Source: Utricularia gibba (Eukaryota > Plantae > Magnoliophyta). Taken from it: DNA of 23,517 nt. Both the position numbers and the translations under genes were made by a program. Each line of letters opens with the position of its first letter. Position 1 is the stretch's first letter. The notes beneath the pieces are model-generated. The model had not been told where the DNA came from and made no database searches. It saw only the letters and a program-made list of their open reading frames with translations. Of this stretch, positions 21,989 to 23,517 are shown piece after piece. The stretch spans positions 1 through 23,517 of the forward strand of contig NEEC01000458.1 of NCBI GenBank assembly GCA_002189035.1, written 5' to 3'.

Positions 21989-23419
21989 GATTAGAGATGG
22001 GCCTGGGTTGGATCCATTCAGGTTCGGACCCAACCCGATGAAATTCTGGGTATTACAGTTTGCATGACCCATGGGGTTGTCTTTCTGTTCAACCCGAACG
22101 GGTTAAACCCTACGGGTTTTGATTGGGCCCGAACCGAACCAAGGGTTTATCAATTTTATTTTTTATTTTTGGCTTATTGTATTTTATGGTTGTTTTTCTT
22201 TTTTCCACGGCCGTATGGCCTTGTGGCTGCTGCTCGAGCACGCGGGCATTAACCAAGCCCATGTGGCCTCGTGGTGCTGCTGCGTATGCACACGGGCTGG
22301 GGGTCGCGCCGGGCATGAGCCCAAAGTCAGTTTTAGCCCGGCGAAAAAAGGGATGCATTTCTTAGCGTTGGGTTATCACGAGCCGCCTAATTTTTTTTCG
22401 TGGAACACCATCTAGTTTTGTGGGGGGCGCTCTCGAGGGGCCCTTGGCTTGGGCCCGGGTTCGGTCTGGCTGATGAGCCCACTCTGGTCCCACTCGGCGA
22501 AAATCGTGACACATTTGTTGAAATTAGGATGTCACGTGCACCCAACACGGTTTTTTTCAACAACACGCTTTATACTTGTGGAGACGCTCTCGGGGGGCAC
22601 TCGAATCTTCCCATACGTCGTACCAGGCTCGAGCGTAAAGTCATTGTAGCCCGGCAAAGAAAGTGATGCATTTATTAACTTTGGGTTGTCACGAGCCGCC
22701 TAAATGGTTTTCCATGGAACACCTTCTAGTTTTGGGGGGAGGGGAGCGGGCGCTGCGCCTCGTCCGGGCCCCGGGAGCCCGGTCCCGTCCGACTCGACGA
22801 AAATCGTGATGCATTTGTTGAAGTTAGGATGTCACGAGAACCGCACACGTTTTTTTCAACAACACACTTTATACTTAAGGAGGAGCTCTCGGGGGGGCAC
22901 CCTGATCGGGCCGGAGGTCGTGCCGAACTCGGGCCCAAAGTCAGCAGTAGCGCGCCAAAAAAAAGTGATGCATTTATTAACGTTGGGTTGTGACGAGACG
23001 CGTATATGGTTTTTGAAGGAACACCTCCTCGTATTGAGGCGGGCGCTCTCGAGGGGCCCTTGGCCCGGGCCCCGGGTTCGGACGGGCTCATGGGCCACTC
23101 GACGAAAATCATGATGCATTTGTTGAAATTGGGATGTCACGTGCACCCCACATTTGTTGAGCGAGGACGGCCAATTTTAGAGACTCGATGGGCCATTCTT
23201 CGATCAGCGTCCTACTATCTAGTTCAAACTCAAAGTCACATTATTCTTGCACAATTTCGTATGAATGAATATGGATATGATCCGTTGGAAGCCCAAGTGT
23301 TAGAGAATTTTACTGAATCTGCTGAGCAAGGGGTTGTGAGTTCATAACAGCTGTTGAAACCTCCAGGGTGGTGTGCGTGGCGTGATGAGCTTTCTACAAT
23401 GACAAAAAAAATATTTTTT

Positions 23420-23517
23420 ATAATCATGTGATATATGTTTATTAAAATATAAATAATGTAAAATACGTTAGTTATTAAAGCATATACTACATGTGAAAGT
23501 TTCTTAGTTTTTAATTT
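23420..23517. mobile_element. Foldback-type element, copy 11 (left end only, cut by window edge)
   Basis: ATAATCATGTGATATATG starts at 23420. Confidence 0.7.

Larger units (their letters stand above)
1..23517. repeat. Tandem array (macrosatellite or concatemer) of a ~2.33 kb unit, 10 full copies + 223 bp, open at both window edges
   Basis: The anchor AAGTGTTAGAG recurs at 1, 2330, 4662, 6983, 9314, 11646, 13979, 16311, 18640, 20970 and 23295 (spacings 2321-2333). The ORF track agrees: the same MTHGVV start recurs at 1099, 3428, 5757, 8079, 10413, 12745, 15076, 17410, 19735 and 22064. Confidence 0.99.

Noticed and set aside
1099-23427. The roughly 100 short ORFs in the six-frame track as genes
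   Set aside because: They are the same few frames repeated per unit. Their ends shift with homopolymer indels, they overlap on both strands, they run through non-coding repeats, and I recognise no domain. Only the 206-codon frame is kept, as a low-confidence finding.

Overview
The whole window is a head-to-tail tandem array of one ~2.33 kb unit: 10 complete copies plus 223 bp. Using AAGTGTTAGAG as the anchor, copies start at 1, 2330, 4662, 6983, 9314, 11646, 13979, 16311, 18640, 20970 and 23295. I see no credible gene, RNA gene or CRISPR array. The unit is a patchwork of four parts: (i) a ~0.9 kb AT-rich, spacer-less foldback (long inverted repeat) built from 62-bp self-complementary modules; (ii) a single, unpaired hAT-like transposon end (TAGAGATGG plus CCGAAC/AACCCG subterminal motifs); (iii) a GC-rich block of six ~150-bp satellite-like monomers arranged as three A/B dimers, truncated at a junction carrying a short locally templated duplication; and (iv) ~270 bp of non-repetitive sequence that may be a decayed gene fragment. 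The copies differ almost only by homopolymer or dinucleotide indels, which looks like long-read error, so the true copies may be essentially identical. This is either a very young transposon-derived macrosatellite or a rolling-circle concatemer of a 2.33 kb circle (biological or made during library preparation). A eukaryotic, probably land-plant, origin is my inference; I cannot name the species or repeat family.
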